This document shows, one piece after another, positions 10,158 to 20,566 of a stretch of DNA of 64,000 bases. The translations under genes and the position numbers were made by a program. Every line of letters starts with the position of its first letter. The first letter of the stretch is position 1. The notes under the pieces are model-generated. The model saw only the letters and a list, made by a program, of their open reading frames with translations. It was not told the origin of the DNA and ran no database searches. The DNA is from a virus, in IMG/VR virus record IMGVR_UViG_3300037461_000748, positions 67,609 to 131,608 of that record, one strand, 5' to 3'.

Positions 10158-10887
10158 CAGCAGTGCGGGAAATGCGACTCTTATATACAACGATGATGGC
10201 CAAATTTTGATTGACGCCGGAGTAAGCTTTAAAAGCTTAGTAGATACTGCAAAAGTAGATATTGCTTTGGATGCAGTGTTTATAACACACGAGCATATTG
10301 ACCATGTAAGAGGTGCAGGAATTGTTGGTCGTAAAACTATGGCACCAGTTTACATTACTAAGCCATCATATGATAAGAAACCAGATTTATTTGATGGCTG
10401 TGATGTCCAATTTATATCTGGTGGAGACGTAGTTGAAACTAAAGGCTTTAAAGTTGAGCCCTTCAGTACAAGACATGACTCCAAAGCCAGCTTAGGGTAC
10501 ATCATTACTGACAAAATTAATGAAAAAAAATTCGGTTACATAACTGACACCGGAAGTTTTAGCAAACTCATGTTGGTAACATTGGTTGGATGTAATGCTT
10601 ATTTGGTTGAAGCAGATTACGATGAACAAATGTTATTAGACTATGATGACTATGATCAGTATCTCAAGGATCGCATCATGGGACCATGGGGACATTTAAG
10701 CAATGATCAAGCTATTAATTTTATTAAAACAGTAATTGACCTAGATGCTGTTGAGTGGATATTATTGGGACATATATCTGTGAGAACTAATACACAGGAA
10801 AAAGTATTATCGGCCGTAAAAGCCGCTTTTCCAAACTACATCGATAAGTTCAAGTGTGCTCCTTTGGAAGAACCAAAGGAACTCTAA
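10126..10887 (+). CDS. MBL-fold metallo-hydrolase (WalJ/YycJ-like)
   Basis: SSSAGN, LIDAG, THEHIDH, TDTG, GHLSN, LGHIS. Confidence 0.85.
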   Translation: MVTMIVHPLFSSSAGNATLIYNDDGQILIDAGVSFKSLVDTAKVDIALDAVFITHEHIDHVRGAGIVGRKTMAPVYITKPSYDKKPDLFDGCDVQFISGGDVVETKGFKVEPFSTRHDSKASLGYIITDKINEKKFGYITDTGSFSKLMLVTLVGCNAYLVEADYDEQMLLDYDDYDQYLKDRIMGPWGHLSNDQAINFIKTVIDLDAVEWILLGHISVRTNTQEKVLSAVKAAFPNYIDKFKCAPLEEPKEL

Positions 10888-10895
10888 AAAAGTTC

Positions 10896-10924
10896 TTGTA
10901 ATTGTAGTTTGATTTTCTTACTTT
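10896..10924 (+). promoter_or_regulatory. Sigma70-like promoter
   Basis: TTGTAA-17-TACTTT in the intergenic gap before 10956. Confidence 0.4.
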
Positions 10925-10955
10925 ATAAAGTAAATACTTCAAACCAATTCATTAC

Positions 10956-11606
10956 ATGGATGATAAAACACTATGCTTCGACATAGAAACAATTCCACAG
11001 ATAGCGCCACTCTCTGACATTCAGTCAGAAGAGTTAAATCGGAAACTGGAAAATTACATGGCCTACCATACTAATGAAGACCCGGAAGAGGCAAAGCGTA
11101 AGCTCATGGGCACAAATCCCTTTTTCGGAGAAATTGTTTGCATAGGATTAGGTTATGAAGCTAATGGTAGTTTTAAAACAAAGGCGTTGATAGGAGAGGA
11201 AAAGCAAATTCTTACAGAATTTTGGGAAATCCTGTCGAAATTTAACGGAACCTTTGTATCTTATAACGGTATAGAATTTGACGCATGGTTTGTTATCACG
11301 CGTACTATGATGTATAATATTACAATAACTAATAAAAACTTCATAGATACTCGCCGATTTCAAAAACGTCCTCATTTCGATGTTAAACAAATATTATCAG
11401 ATTGGGACAAATATCGCTCAATAACTCTGAACTTAGCTTGTGATTATCTTGGCGTATCATCTCCAAAAGATGGTTTAAAGGCCAAGGATGTATGGCAAGC
11501 TTATGCTGAAGGACGAATTGACGAAATAGCAGAGTACTGCTTGAAAGACATAACAGCGACATATCAAATTTATAATATCGTTAAAAATTATACACTTATG
11601 CGATAA
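10956..11606 (+). CDS. PolB-like 3'-5' exonuclease (RNase H fold)
   Basis: FDIET, YNGIEFD, YCLKD. Confidence 0.8.
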   Translation: MDDKTLCFDIETIPQIAPLSDIQSEELNRKLENYMAYHTNEDPEEAKRKLMGTNPFFGEIVCIGLGYEANGSFKTKALIGEEKQILTEFWEILSKFNGTFVSYNGIEFDAWFVITRTMMYNITITNKNFIDTRRFQKRPHFDVKQILSDWDKYRSITLNLACDYLGVSSPKDGLKAKDVWQAYAEGRIDEIAEYCLKDITATYQIYNIVKNYTLMR

Positions 11607-11622
11607 ACCGTAATTACGATTA

Positions 11623-12540
11623 ATGAGCATATTTCAAAAGGCGGAAAAGAATCCGCAAAGATTGAAAATGTACGTCTTTGGCGAGACCGGTACGGGTAAA
11701 ACTGTAACTGCGCTACACTTTCCAAGCGTCGCTTTCATCGACACTGAAAAAGGAACTGAGTATTATGGAGAACATTTCGATTTTCATAGGATCCAAACCT
11801 CAGATCCTGATAAGATTCATCAGGCTCTTAATGAACTGATGAAAGACCCTGGCGGCTTCAAAACCGTCGTAATTGATCCGTTTACTAACGTTTATGACGC
11901 AATCGTTGACAAACGAATACGTCAACAGAAAATCAAACTTGGCAATCCCGAGTATTTGATCCAACCGTTAGATTATAAATGGGTCAAGGGAGAAGTTAAA
12001 TCTATCATTAAAAAGCTCTTAGCTTTAGACATGAACATCATTGTTACAGCACCTTCGAAGGTATTATATAGTTCCGAAAAAGAAGACTTTATGAAAGTCA
12101 TTGGAACTGATGCTGAAGGTCCTAAACAACTCCCGTTTATGTTTGACGTGGTATTAGAGCTTAAGCTTGAAGGTAAAAAGCGTTTGGCATTTGCCAGAAA
12201 AGATAGAACTAACAAACTTCCGTTGGACGAATGGTTTGAGTTCTCATACCCTTCTTTTACAAGGTACATTGGAGTAGAGGGACTCGAAAGAGACGCAGTT
12301 GTGTTCAGGCAGCAACAGGATTTAGATGCTCGCAGTGAGAGAAATGTTCCTGTTAAGTATAACGGAAAAGAAATTCTCACAGCTGGTATCAAAGCTGAGT
12401 CCTTGAAAAAGTTAGAAATTCTAGCTAAGAAGGATCCAGATATCGTAAAAAATAAACTAAAAGAAGACTACATGGTGGACAGTGTTTTAGATCTTAGAGA
12501 AGACGAAGCACAGTTGTTAATCACTGACTTAACCAGTTAA
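11623..12540 (+). CDS. AAA_24 / Sak4-like ATPase
   Basis: GETGTGKT, IDTEKG, VVIDP, KDRT; followed by an SSB-like gene. Confidence 0.8.
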   Translation: MSIFQKAEKNPQRLKMYVFGETGTGKTVTALHFPSVAFIDTEKGTEYYGEHFDFHRIQTSDPDKIHQALNELMKDPGGFKTVVIDPFTNVYDAIVDKRIRQQKIKLGNPEYLIQPLDYKWVKGEVKSIIKKLLALDMNIIVTAPSKVLYSSEKEDFMKVIGTDAEGPKQLPFMFDVVLELKLEGKKRLAFARKDRTNKLPLDEWFEFSYPSFTRYIGVEGLERDAVVFRQQQDLDARSERNVPVKYNGKEILTAGIKAESLKKLEILAKKDPDIVKNKLKEDYMVDSVLDLREDEAQLLITDLTS

Positions 12541-12546
12541 TTTTTA

Positions 12547-12993
12547 ATGGGATATAATCTTAAAAAGGCCGCTGACAATGACTCTAGTGGAGATTTTCAG
12601 GCATTGCCAGCAGGAAGATACACTTTACAAGTAGAGGATGCTGACGTACAATCATCTTCTACAGGAAAACCAATGATTGCAGTTACCTTTACAGTAGTGA
12701 GTGGTGAATTTGCTAATAGAAAGCTGTGGCATAACTTCACTATTACAGAGAAGGCGTTGCCCTTCTTAACTCGCTTCTTAAAGGCTTGCGGATCTAATAT
12801 CATTGAAGAAGAAGACGTTGAAGCCTACGCAATTGCACAGGATATGTTGAAAAAAGTCGTAACGGCTTATACAGAGCCAGGAAAAACTATCAACGGCAAT
12901 CCAAAAAATGATCTTAAAAATTGGAAATCTGTAAAAGAAGCCTCAGGTCTTGACGACGACACTGCTAGTGCAGATGACGAGCTTTTTAGTTAA
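12547..12993 (+). CDS. DUF669-like single-stranded DNA-binding protein
   Basis: LPAGRY, GEFANRKLW, acidic tail ending DDELFS. Confidence 0.75.
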   Translation: MGYNLKKAADNDSSGDFQALPAGRYTLQVEDADVQSSSTGKPMIAVTFTVVSGEFANRKLWHNFTITEKALPFLTRFLKACGSNIIEEEDVEAYAIAQDMLKKVVTAYTEPGKTINGNPKNDLKNWKSVKEASGLDDDTASADDELFS

Positions 12994-13000
12994 GTAACTG

Positions 13001-13034
13001 TACGGAAGAGGGCCTACGTTGGCCTTCTTCCGTA
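13001..13034 (+). terminator. Stem-loop after SSB (terminator or stabiliser)
   Basis: TACGGAAGAGGGCC-tacgtt-GGCCTTCTTCCGTA; weak U-tract. Confidence 0.55.
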
Positions 13035-13059
13035 ATTAATTAACCAATTTTTTATTTAT

Positions 13060-14688
13060 ATGGAATACCGAAATTCAGAAAGAGAAAAAGCTGTAAAGTT
13101 TACATTAAAGACTCTAGAAGCATTCTCCATCTATGAAGTTACCGTCAATTATACAAGCAAGGGTAACTATCGTGCGCACGTTCGTTTTGACTCGGCAGAC
13201 GGGCATTTGCTATTACAGCAATATTTACCAGAAGTAACTTTTGTCCCAGGAGAAAATAATACACTTAAATTTAACTTGGTTACTACTTTTTATGGAGATG
13301 TCTCTCGAATAAAAGAAGCAATAATTTCTTTCAATTCTATTGATAGAGATGGTTTTATAGAAGGAGGGGAACTAAGCAGCGCAGTGTTAGCTGAGACAGA
13401 AAAACAATCTTTTCTAGAGCTTGATCCAAAAACATTAAATATAAAGAAAAAGTTCGATCTACGTTTACATGTCACACAACCTAAGTATTTAGCTAATGAT
13501 TTTGAATCAAAATTCCCAACAAGATTGACCCCAATAATTATTCATGGGTTTTATAATAGAGAAGACGGCCTCGGTGCCCACCTTCCAAATTTGTATGAAA
13601 AAGTCTTTAGAGATTATAAAGACGTGTCTTTCAGTAGACAATTGAACCGCGTTAATGGACATTTTTCCTTTCTTAATAGAGAAAAAACTCTGAAAAACTT
13701 AGAGAACGAACAATATGATAGAGACTTCAAGTGGATGAACTTTTATTATAATAAGGAGCATAATCACATTGTTCAGCCGTCTATTTATCAGGGTGCAAAA
13801 TTCATTCACGTAGGAGGCATCGGTCTAACTACTCACGAAGTTTGGGGAGATACAAAATTACTACAAGAAGTTAAGGATAAGTATAAAGGATCTTCGTACT
13901 TATACGTGATGTGGGAAAGTGATGACATCGAAATTATTAGACAATTATTAGAAAAATTTGATAACATCGTCGTTACTAATAACTGGCTAAAAACCCTATT
14001 AGAGGATAAACTGAATGGTCCAAAGATTCACCGGGTAGAACATGTTGCTAAGTATTACGACGTGCCATCTACTGGTGGCGTTAATTCATTTAACTTTGGT
14101 TATTCTGGTGGATTATGGGAAAGAAAAAATGTCAATGAATTAATCAAAGCTTTTAATAAGATTAAAACAAAAGATGACATGCTAAAAATTCATTCCAGGG
14201 AATTTGTTAATACTCCAAAGATGCTTAAGATCGTCAAAGAAGAAATTGAAAAGGATCCGAAGTACATTGATCTAAAAAATAGGACATTAAACAATGATGA
14301 GTATGCAGATTGGTGGAACACCTTAAACTGTTTTGTATTTGCATCGGGTGGAGAATCTTACAGTATTCAACCTAGACAAGCTTTAATGCAGGGCATCCCA
14401 GTAATATTAAGCAAAAATACAGCCCACTTGGATCTATTAGACGTTCCAGGTATCTTATGGGTCGAGACTGATCACATGAAAAAAGCCCAGTTCTCTGGTG
14501 ATCCAAACTCCGATGTATTCATCGGATATGAGTCTGTGCCAGATTATAAACAAATGCAAGAATTAATGATTGAAGTCAAGGAAAACTATAGCCACTGGAA
14601 AGCAGAAGCTATTAAAGGTGGGGAAATAATTAGAGAAAGAGTTTCAAACGATAACATTAAGAAACAATGGGACGACGTATTATTATAA
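13060..14688 (+). CDS. Glycosyltransferase (GT-B/GT4-like) with extra N-terminal domain
   Basis: MWES, ERKN..LIKAF, SGGESYSIQPRQALMQGIPVI. Confidence 0.75.
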   Translation: MEYRNSEREKAVKFTLKTLEAFSIYEVTVNYTSKGNYRAHVRFDSADGHLLLQQYLPEVTFVPGENNTLKFNLVTTFYGDVSRIKEAIISFNSIDRDGFIEGGELSSAVLAETEKQSFLELDPKTLNIKKKFDLRLHVTQPKYLANDFESKFPTRLTPIIIHGFYNREDGLGAHLPNLYEKVFRDYKDVSFSRQLNRVNGHFSFLNREKTLKNLENEQYDRDFKWMNFYYNKEHNHIVQPSIYQGAKFIHVGGIGLTTHEVWGDTKLLQEVKDKYKGSSYLYVMWESDDIEIIRQLLEKFDNIVVTNNWLKTLLEDKLNGPKIHRVEHVAKYYDVPSTGGVNSFNFGYSGGLWERKNVNELIKAFNKIKTKDDMLKIHSREFVNTPKMLKIVKEEIEKDPKYIDLKNRTLNNDEYADWWNTLNCFVFASGGESYSIQPRQALMQGIPVILSKNTAHLDLLDVPGILWVETDHMKKAQFSGDPNSDVFIGYESVPDYKQMQELMIEVKENYSHWKAEAIKGGEIIRERVSNDNIKKQWDDVLL

Positions 14689-15434
14689 CTATGACCGCCC
14701 ATCGGCGACCATATTACTTTGAACAAGCTGTTAAATCAATCGAAGAGGCTTATTGCAGTAGTTATAGTACAATCTTGGTTAGTGTCGATGGGGGTTACCC
14801 CATCGCACAACAAGAAATTGTCAATGTTGCCAAAGCTTCAAAATTAAATTTTGACATTATTACTCACAATGAAATTCTAGGCTGTGCTGGAAATACTGGC
14901 TTCGTGTTACGAGAGGGATTTAATAGAGCTGATAGAGTAGTTCATCTTGAGGAAGATATTATTATTTCTAAGAGATTTCTATTATACATGGAACAGATGT
15001 TAGACCACTTTGAAGATAATAAAGATATATTTTCAATATCTGGATTTAGTCATAATAAAAAGCCAGATCTAAAACTTATTAATAAGGTGGAAGTAATTAA
15101 AAGATTTAGATGCGTAGGCTGGGGAATGTGGAAAGACCGTTTTGAAGACATAGATGAGTGGTTTGGAATATCATGGAAACCAGATCGACCGTTCACCGAT
15201 GCCAATGTTCCGGAAGGAGAAGAATTCCTCAAATGGATTAATAAAACAGCCTATGGAAGCTGGGGCTGGGCAATGGACATGTATCATAGACGCGGCAGAT
15301 CTTCCATCGCACCATTTGTATCTAAGAGTAGACACATCGGTCAATTAGATGGAACATTCTGTAAAGGAAATGAAAAAATCGAACCCATGTGGGCTGGAAA
15401 TGTTAAAAAGTTAGAAGGTGAAATAATGCTATGA
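14667..15434 (+). CDS. GT-A fold glycosyltransferase
   Basis: RRPYYF, SVDG, HLEEDI, GWGMWKDR, SRHIG. Confidence 0.75.
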   Translation: MGRRIIITMTAHRRPYYFEQAVKSIEEAYCSSYSTILVSVDGGYPIAQQEIVNVAKASKLNFDIITHNEILGCAGNTGFVLREGFNRADRVVHLEEDIIISKRFLLYMEQMLDHFEDNKDIFSISGFSHNKKPDLKLINKVEVIKRFRCVGWGMWKDRFEDIDEWFGISWKPDRPFTDANVPEGEEFLKWINKTAYGSWGWAMDMYHRRGRSSIAPFVSKSRHIGQLDGTFCKGNEKIEPMWAGNVKKLEGEIML

Positions 15435-16408
15435 GAATATTATGGGCATTGATGGATTATAATGAACCATTTTGTGGAGGCGTAGAAAGAACTTTTCATA
15501 ACATGGTTACAATGGCAAATGGTCATGAAAATCATATTTGGCCTACGTCGTTGTCTAATAGACTAATTTTGCCATCAAATGCAATACGTGTGAGCGGTCC
15601 TGCAAGCAACTATGATCTTGCCATAATAGAGAGCAATGAAAAAGTAACTAGGCACTTAGACCGTATTATAAGTAAGTCTAAAATTGTTGTTATTAAGATG
15701 CAGCATCTCGTTAGACGTAACATCAACGCATTGGTGTCTAAAGGTAACTTTGTATATCTCGGATATAATTGGCCCGATGAGATAACATTAAATGAGAACC
15801 GTAAAAATAAGTTCTTCGTAGTATCTCCATTTACGGACACAGACTTTTGGAAGTGCACCGGAACTCCTAAGGTTGCTGGAAACTTCGTAATAGTAGGTAG
15901 AGTTGCTAAAGAAAAGGGTGTCAATGAATTTCTCAGGGCGTATAATGCTCATAATATCAAAGAAAGATCTAATATTAAGATCGTAGGAGGAAGTATACCT
16001 CCAGATGAAAGAGCATTATTATCCAAGACCCTAAGTCAAGTTAATATTACTTATAAGTGGAACCAAAGTTTCAGGCCAGATAACGAAGTTAGATCGGCTT
16101 ATAATGACGCAGAAGTTACCATTGTATCTTCACCAAAGGAATCCTTTGGCCATCACATAATAGAGTCATTATTATGTGGAACACCGGTAATGACAGCTTA
16201 CAAATATTGGTGCTCGTCATTACAATGGTTTGGAAAATACGTTACTCAATGTATCGATTACAACGATATGCTTGACAAGATTGACAAGAAAGCTTACATC
16301 AATCCATTGCAGTTTCGTAATGAACTTGCACAAAAGTTTGGAATGAAAGAAAACAGAGTCGCCTTTAATCAGTTATTAGAAACAATAGCTAAGATGGAGT
16401 TGAAATAA
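15431..16408 (+). CDS. Glycosyltransferase family 4
   Basis: GGVER, VGRVAKEKG, ESFGHHIIESLLCGTPV. Confidence 0.85.
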   Translation: MRILWALMDYNEPFCGGVERTFHNMVTMANGHENHIWPTSLSNRLILPSNAIRVSGPASNYDLAIIESNEKVTRHLDRIISKSKIVVIKMQHLVRRNINALVSKGNFVYLGYNWPDEITLNENRKNKFFVVSPFTDTDFWKCTGTPKVAGNFVIVGRVAKEKGVNEFLRAYNAHNIKERSNIKIVGGSIPPDERALLSKTLSQVNITYKWNQSFRPDNEVRSAYNDAEVTIVSSPKESFGHHIIESLLCGTPVMTAYKYWCSSLQWFGKYVTQCIDYNDMLDKIDKKAYINPLQFRNELAQKFGMKENRVAFNQLLETIAKMELK

Positions 16409-16411
16409 ATA

Positions 16412-16639
16412 ATGAGAGGATTTAATAAATGCGTTACGTGTGGGCGCTGGTGCAATAGTAGTTCATTTAACACAACTGGCGGAACGAGAGTTTACCATTG
16501 TCCCACAGCTGCGTGTAATCCCTTAACGCCAGTCAATGCCAATCATGGACCTATTTTAATTAACATTAGAAATAGAACTCCCTATGACGATGTCATTGAC
16601 TTAATTAATGAGAGGATATTACAATGCGCTACTACATAG
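16412..16639 (+). CDS. Small Zn-ribbon protein
   Basis: CVTCGR...YHCPT; resembles 17140 ORF. Confidence 0.5.
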   Translation: MRGFNKCVTCGRWCNSSSFNTTGGTRVYHCPTAACNPLTPVNANHGPILINIRNRTPYDDVIDLINERILQCATT

Positions 16640-17133
16640 ACACGGAATTCATAGAGATGCCTAATACAATTGAGTTGATATCCATTGGCATCGTTTGTGA
16701 AGACGGTAGAGAATATTATAATATAGCCAATTGGTATACCTATGAACATGCTAGTGACTGGGTCAAAGAAAATGTAATTAAACCCATCCATAAAGTAATG
16801 TTTGATGGTCACGAAAAAGTACCAGATATTAGTGTTTTTCATCATCAATTTGGACAATCTGTTAGAGATATGAAAAACCAAATATTAGGATTCGTAGGAA
16901 AAGATCCTGAATTCTGGGGATATTACGCAGACTACGATTGGGTAGCATTCTGTTGGATTTTTGGCCGAATGTTAGATTTACCAATGAGCTGGCCAAAGTA
17001 TTGTAGAGATTTAAAGCAATTAGCTGACGACGTGGGTAAGCCAAAATTTGATAAACCGACGCAGACGCATAATGCGTTGGATGATGCACTATGGAACAAG
17101 AAATTTCACGAATATTTATTAATAAAGGAGTAA
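16624..17133 (+). CDS. DEDD 3'-5' exoribonuclease (Rv2179c/RNase AS-like)
   Basis: YIDTEF, LISIG, YADYDW, HNALDDA. Confidence 0.85.
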   Translation: MRYYIDTEFIEMPNTIELISIGIVCEDGREYYNIANWYTYEHASDWVKENVIKPIHKVMFDGHEKVPDISVFHHQFGQSVRDMKNQILGFVGKDPEFWGYYADYDWVAFCWIFGRMLDLPMSWPKYCRDLKQLADDVGKPKFDKPTQTHNALDDALWNKKFHEYLLIKE

Positions 17134-17139
17134 TGACTC

Positions 17140-17427
17140 TTGAATAAATTTAGATGTGAAAAATGCGGACGTTTCGTGGGACAATACGATTACATTGAAG
17201 TCAGGACATCAAAACATTATCATTGCCCAACTTGTGACCAAGCGCAGCCATCTGTATTTAGCATCAGTTCCCTTAGAGAAGCTCGATTAGATGGAAGAAG
17301 TATTACACCAAAGTTAAATTTTCACTTTAGAGCATCAGAACAGGTTATACCTAGAAAACTATTAAAGTACACAAAGAAAGACTTAGCGCTCATGGAGGAA
17401 TATGTTAGACGCTATACCAACAATTAA
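17140..17427 (+). CDS. Small Zn-ribbon protein
   Basis: CEKCGR...YHCPTC. Confidence 0.5.
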   Translation: MNKFRCEKCGRFVGQYDYIEVRTSKHYHCPTCDQAQPSVFSISSLREARLDGRSITPKLNFHFRASEQVIPRKLLKYTKKDLALMEEYVRRYTNN

Positions 17428-17710
17428 AATTGAAATAGAGGGATTAAAACACCAGGTATTACACGCTTTCTCAGCCCGTCTAAACGAGCTTAGAGATTAT
17501 GCAGCTGAAGTCATTGATCACTCGATGAATCTGTTGCGAGAAAAAGGATTAGAAGCAGCAATAATTAAAGCTGTAACGCAAGTCATGGATGAGGCCATTG
17601 ACAGTGGCATTAAAGAAGCAGTGAAGGAAGCAGTCGCTGATTATTTTGAAGTAGGAAAGGGAAAGGATTACATAATAGACGCAATCATTAAAGTGCTGGA
17701 GAAAAAATGA
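17402..17710 (+). CDS. Hypothetical helical protein
   Basis: ORF track; GGAGG upstream. Confidence 0.55.
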   Translation: MLDAIPTIKIEIEGLKHQVLHAFSARLNELRDYAAEVIDHSMNLLREKGLEAAIIKAVTQVMDEAIDSGIKEAVKEAVADYFEVGKGKDYIIDAIIKVLEKK

Positions 17711-18114
17711 GAATTGACTATAGTGTAATCTCTGATGGATCAATGAATGATAGAATTCTATGGATATGTGCGCTGGCTTATACTGATATGTCTAAGAAAC
17801 CGATACGACACGTTGAACCTACAAGAGTAATTATAGTCCGATATCAAATAATTTATGCAGGTCTTGACAGTTATGATACTTATTTTGTACCGCTCAATAG
17901 AAATGGTGAAATGATTCAAAAGAAAGCCTTTATTGCATATGGAAGACCTACTTGGCATATTAACATTTTCGATAACGAAGAAGAGTGTATTAATGAGTAT
18001 CTGATTCTATGCAAAAGGGCATTAGAAAAATTAAAAGAATGGATTACAGCTCAACATGAAATTCATGATGGGCAGAACCAAAGAATTACCCATTTAATGG
18101 ACAAATACAGATGA
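17707..18114 (+). CDS. Hypothetical protein (paralog of 18111)
   Basis: WICAL..RHVEPT..VPLNRNG..IFDNEEECI shared with the next ORF. Confidence 0.6.
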   Translation: MRIDYSVISDGSMNDRILWICALAYTDMSKKPIRHVEPTRVIIVRYQIIYAGLDSYDTYFVPLNRNGEMIQKKAFIAYGRPTWHINIFDNEEECINEYLILCKRALEKLKEWITAQHEIHDGQNQRITHLMDKYR

Positions 18115-18473
18115 GAATTCGTAGACAAGATCTTTATAAGATACCCAGAGATAGAGAATATTGGGCTTGCGCACTATTCCATTACAATATGGGAAAGAGG
18201 GCCAAACAACATCTTGAACCAACACCTGTATTAATAACGGAGCGTTGCCACGTATTACCCCTAAATAAAAAGGGCAAACCTATCCCTAGTAGAATCATTC
18301 GTCGTAACATTGGTGGCCTCGAAATATATGACAATCAGAGCGAATGCATCGAGGCTTATAAAGAACTCTGTACTGATACTGTTAGGAAACTTGGTGTTTG
18401 GTTTGATGCTAAGAAAGATTATTATAATGAACAAGTATCTCGTTACAAAAAGTTGAGAGACAAATATAAATGA
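18111..18473 (+). CDS. Hypothetical protein (paralog of 17707)
   Basis: WACAL..QHLEPT..LPLNKKG..IYDNQSECI. Confidence 0.6.
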   Translation: MRIRRQDLYKIPRDREYWACALFHYNMGKRAKQHLEPTPVLITERCHVLPLNKKGKPIPSRIIRRNIGGLEIYDNQSECIEAYKELCTDTVRKLGVWFDAKKDYYNEQVSRYKKLRDKYK

Positions 18474-19324
18474 AAATTCTACACATAGCTGTATTTAAAC
18501 CAGAGTCTTCGAACGTTTGGCAAGCTAATGGTTTTGAGGCTCTAGGCCATCAAGTGTATAGATTTGACTATAGACAAGTTGCTGTCGAGCTAGGAAGTGA
18601 TAAAGCTCGGGACATCCGTGCAATTGAAGTTTGTAATAACTATCAGCCGGATATAATTTTGTTCAGTAAATGTAATAAGATGCATGTTAGAGTTGTTGAG
18701 GAATGTAATAAAGTTGGAACCACTGCGTTATGGTACATGGATAACTTCCACAATTTGGACCAGGAGGTCCGAAGTAAGATGAAAGAGTGTAATTACGTAT
18801 TCTGCTCTACCAGGCGCAGCTGCAATGTTGCCACTTTGTATAATAGCAACGTTAGTAGATTGACTGGCGGATTTGATCCTACTACGCACAGACCTATGAA
18901 TCTTTATAAGAGTAGAGATGTATTATTCATTGGCAGTATGCACTCTAATCGACCTATATATCAGAAAGCAGTGGGATTTCCAGTAGTACACGGTGTTTAT
19001 AATGAAGAACATTGTCGCCTCGTCAACGAGACAAAGGTTAATATTAACATTACTGAGGGTGATGGTGTAAGTAACAGAATTTACAAAATCATGGGTGCTG
19101 GTGGATTCTTGTTAACAAATCCATGGGATGAAATATTAGAAGATTTCGTTCCTGACGTAGATTTAGCTACGTTTACTTCTCCAGAAGAGATGAAGGCCAA
19201 AATTAACTATTATGTTAACAACGATGAAGAACGAGATAAGATTGCACTAAATGGCTATATTAAAGCCAAAAAACGAGATAATATATACTACGCAAGGAGA
19301 ATCATAGAGACATGCAAACATTAG
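18470..19324 (+). CDS. CgeB-like glycosyltransferase
   Basis: DVLFIGS, SNRIYKIMGAGGFLLT, KINYY..ERDKIA..G. Confidence 0.8.
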   Translation: MKILHIAVFKPESSNVWQANGFEALGHQVYRFDYRQVAVELGSDKARDIRAIEVCNNYQPDIILFSKCNKMHVRVVEECNKVGTTALWYMDNFHNLDQEVRSKMKECNYVFCSTRRSCNVATLYNSNVSRLTGGFDPTTHRPMNLYKSRDVLFIGSMHSNRPIYQKAVGFPVVHGVYNEEHCRLVNETKVNINITEGDGVSNRIYKIMGAGGFLLTNPWDEILEDFVPDVDLATFTSPEEMKAKINYYVNNDEERDKIALNGYIKAKKRDNIYYARRIIETCKH

Positions 19325-19842
19325 ACATAAGGGACATATCAATCATTGACTCCTTTCCTGTACTAAATGCATCAAAGCCGACGATATTAACAGTTGGCTG
19401 CGGTGAAGGAAGAATAGAGAGATTTATAGCTAAGACCCTTGGTTACAAGGTTATAGCAACAGATGTCAGAAAGTTTCCAAAGTATGAGGAGATTGAAGAA
19501 GTCCTTTTCAAGACTATGGACATCTTTAAGCCAAACCTTGGTTATAAAAGTGACGTAGTGATATGTGCACAAGTATTAGAGCATTTAGCAGGATGGAAAT
19601 CCGCTTTCTCCAATTTAATAGAGCTGTCAAGTGTTCGAGTAATTGTCACTGTGCCTTACAAATCTTCATTCCATTCTCTTGATCACATTAACTTTTGGAA
19701 TGATGCTACGATACGAGAATTTATACATTTAGCGTATCCTTTCTCAACAGCAATATCAAAAATTAGAACTAAACCAGAAGACGCCCCTAATAAAGGATGC
19801 TTCCTAATAGTAGTGGACAAAAAACAACATTATGGAATATAA
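19312..19842 (+). CDS. Class I SAM-dependent methyltransferase
   Basis: ILTVGCGEG, DVVICAQVLEHL, VTVP. Confidence 0.8.
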   Translation: MQTLDIRDISIIDSFPVLNASKPTILTVGCGEGRIERFIAKTLGYKVIATDVRKFPKYEEIEEVLFKTMDIFKPNLGYKSDVVICAQVLEHLAGWKSAFSNLIELSSVRVIVTVPYKSSFHSLDHINFWNDATIREFIHLAYPFSTAISKIRTKPEDAPNKGCFLIVVDKKQHYGI

Positions 19843-20566
19843 AGGATTATGGTGGTGTACACCTAACTCAGAGCGCCATGTAGAGATTCAATTCCTGTCT
19901 CGGCACCTTATCGCTTTGTCCAAAGACGTATCAGCTTTTTCAGTATTAGACGTTGGATTCGCTGGATCAGGCTACATTGAAAGTGTAATAGACTTGGGTA
20001 ATATATCATACACTGGCTTAGATGGTAATCTCGAAAGAATTAAAGGAAGCGCACTAGAGATGCCTAATGAAAGCAAAAAAACCTATGATAAGAAAAAATG
20101 GGTGGCAATATTAAATAAAATTTCGTATATTCATGATAATATCCTAAGTTATGAATCTAATATCAGATACGACATAGTCATGTCAATATCAGTCATTGAA
20201 CACATTGTTCCGATGGGTTATAATATCAATGAAGGATTCGATTATTACAAGGATGTTAAAGCGGTTAATCAGATGAAAAAGTTAGTTAAAGACGGTGGAC
20301 ATCTGATATTAACTTTTCCATGTGGAGAAGCCAAGGTTTTTTCAAAACAGAAACACGAGTTGTTTACTGAATCTGATAGAGATTTGATGATTTATAATGG
20401 TGTAAGAATTAATAAAATCATTGGCAACTGGACGCCGATTGAGATTAAATATTGGACAGCCACGAAAGCTAATGATTTCAAAGAAACTAGTAGAGAAACT
20501 GCCCTGTCTTACAAATATAAAAGCCCAAAGGTTAGAACACTATGCACAATGATATTACAAAAGTAA
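19832..20566 (+). CDS. Class I SAM-dependent methyltransferase
   Basis: VLDVGFAG, YDIVMSISVIEHI, KDGGHLILTFP. Confidence 0.75.
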   Translation: MEYKGLWWCTPNSERHVEIQFLSRHLIALSKDVSAFSVLDVGFAGSGYIESVIDLGNISYTGLDGNLERIKGSALEMPNESKKTYDKKKWVAILNKISYIHDNILSYESNIRYDIVMSISVIEHIVPMGYNINEGFDYYKDVKAVNQMKKLVKDGGHLILTFPCGEAKVFSKQKHELFTESDRDLMIYNGVRINKIIGNWTPIEIKYWTATKANDFKETSRETALSYKYKSPKVRTLCTMILQK

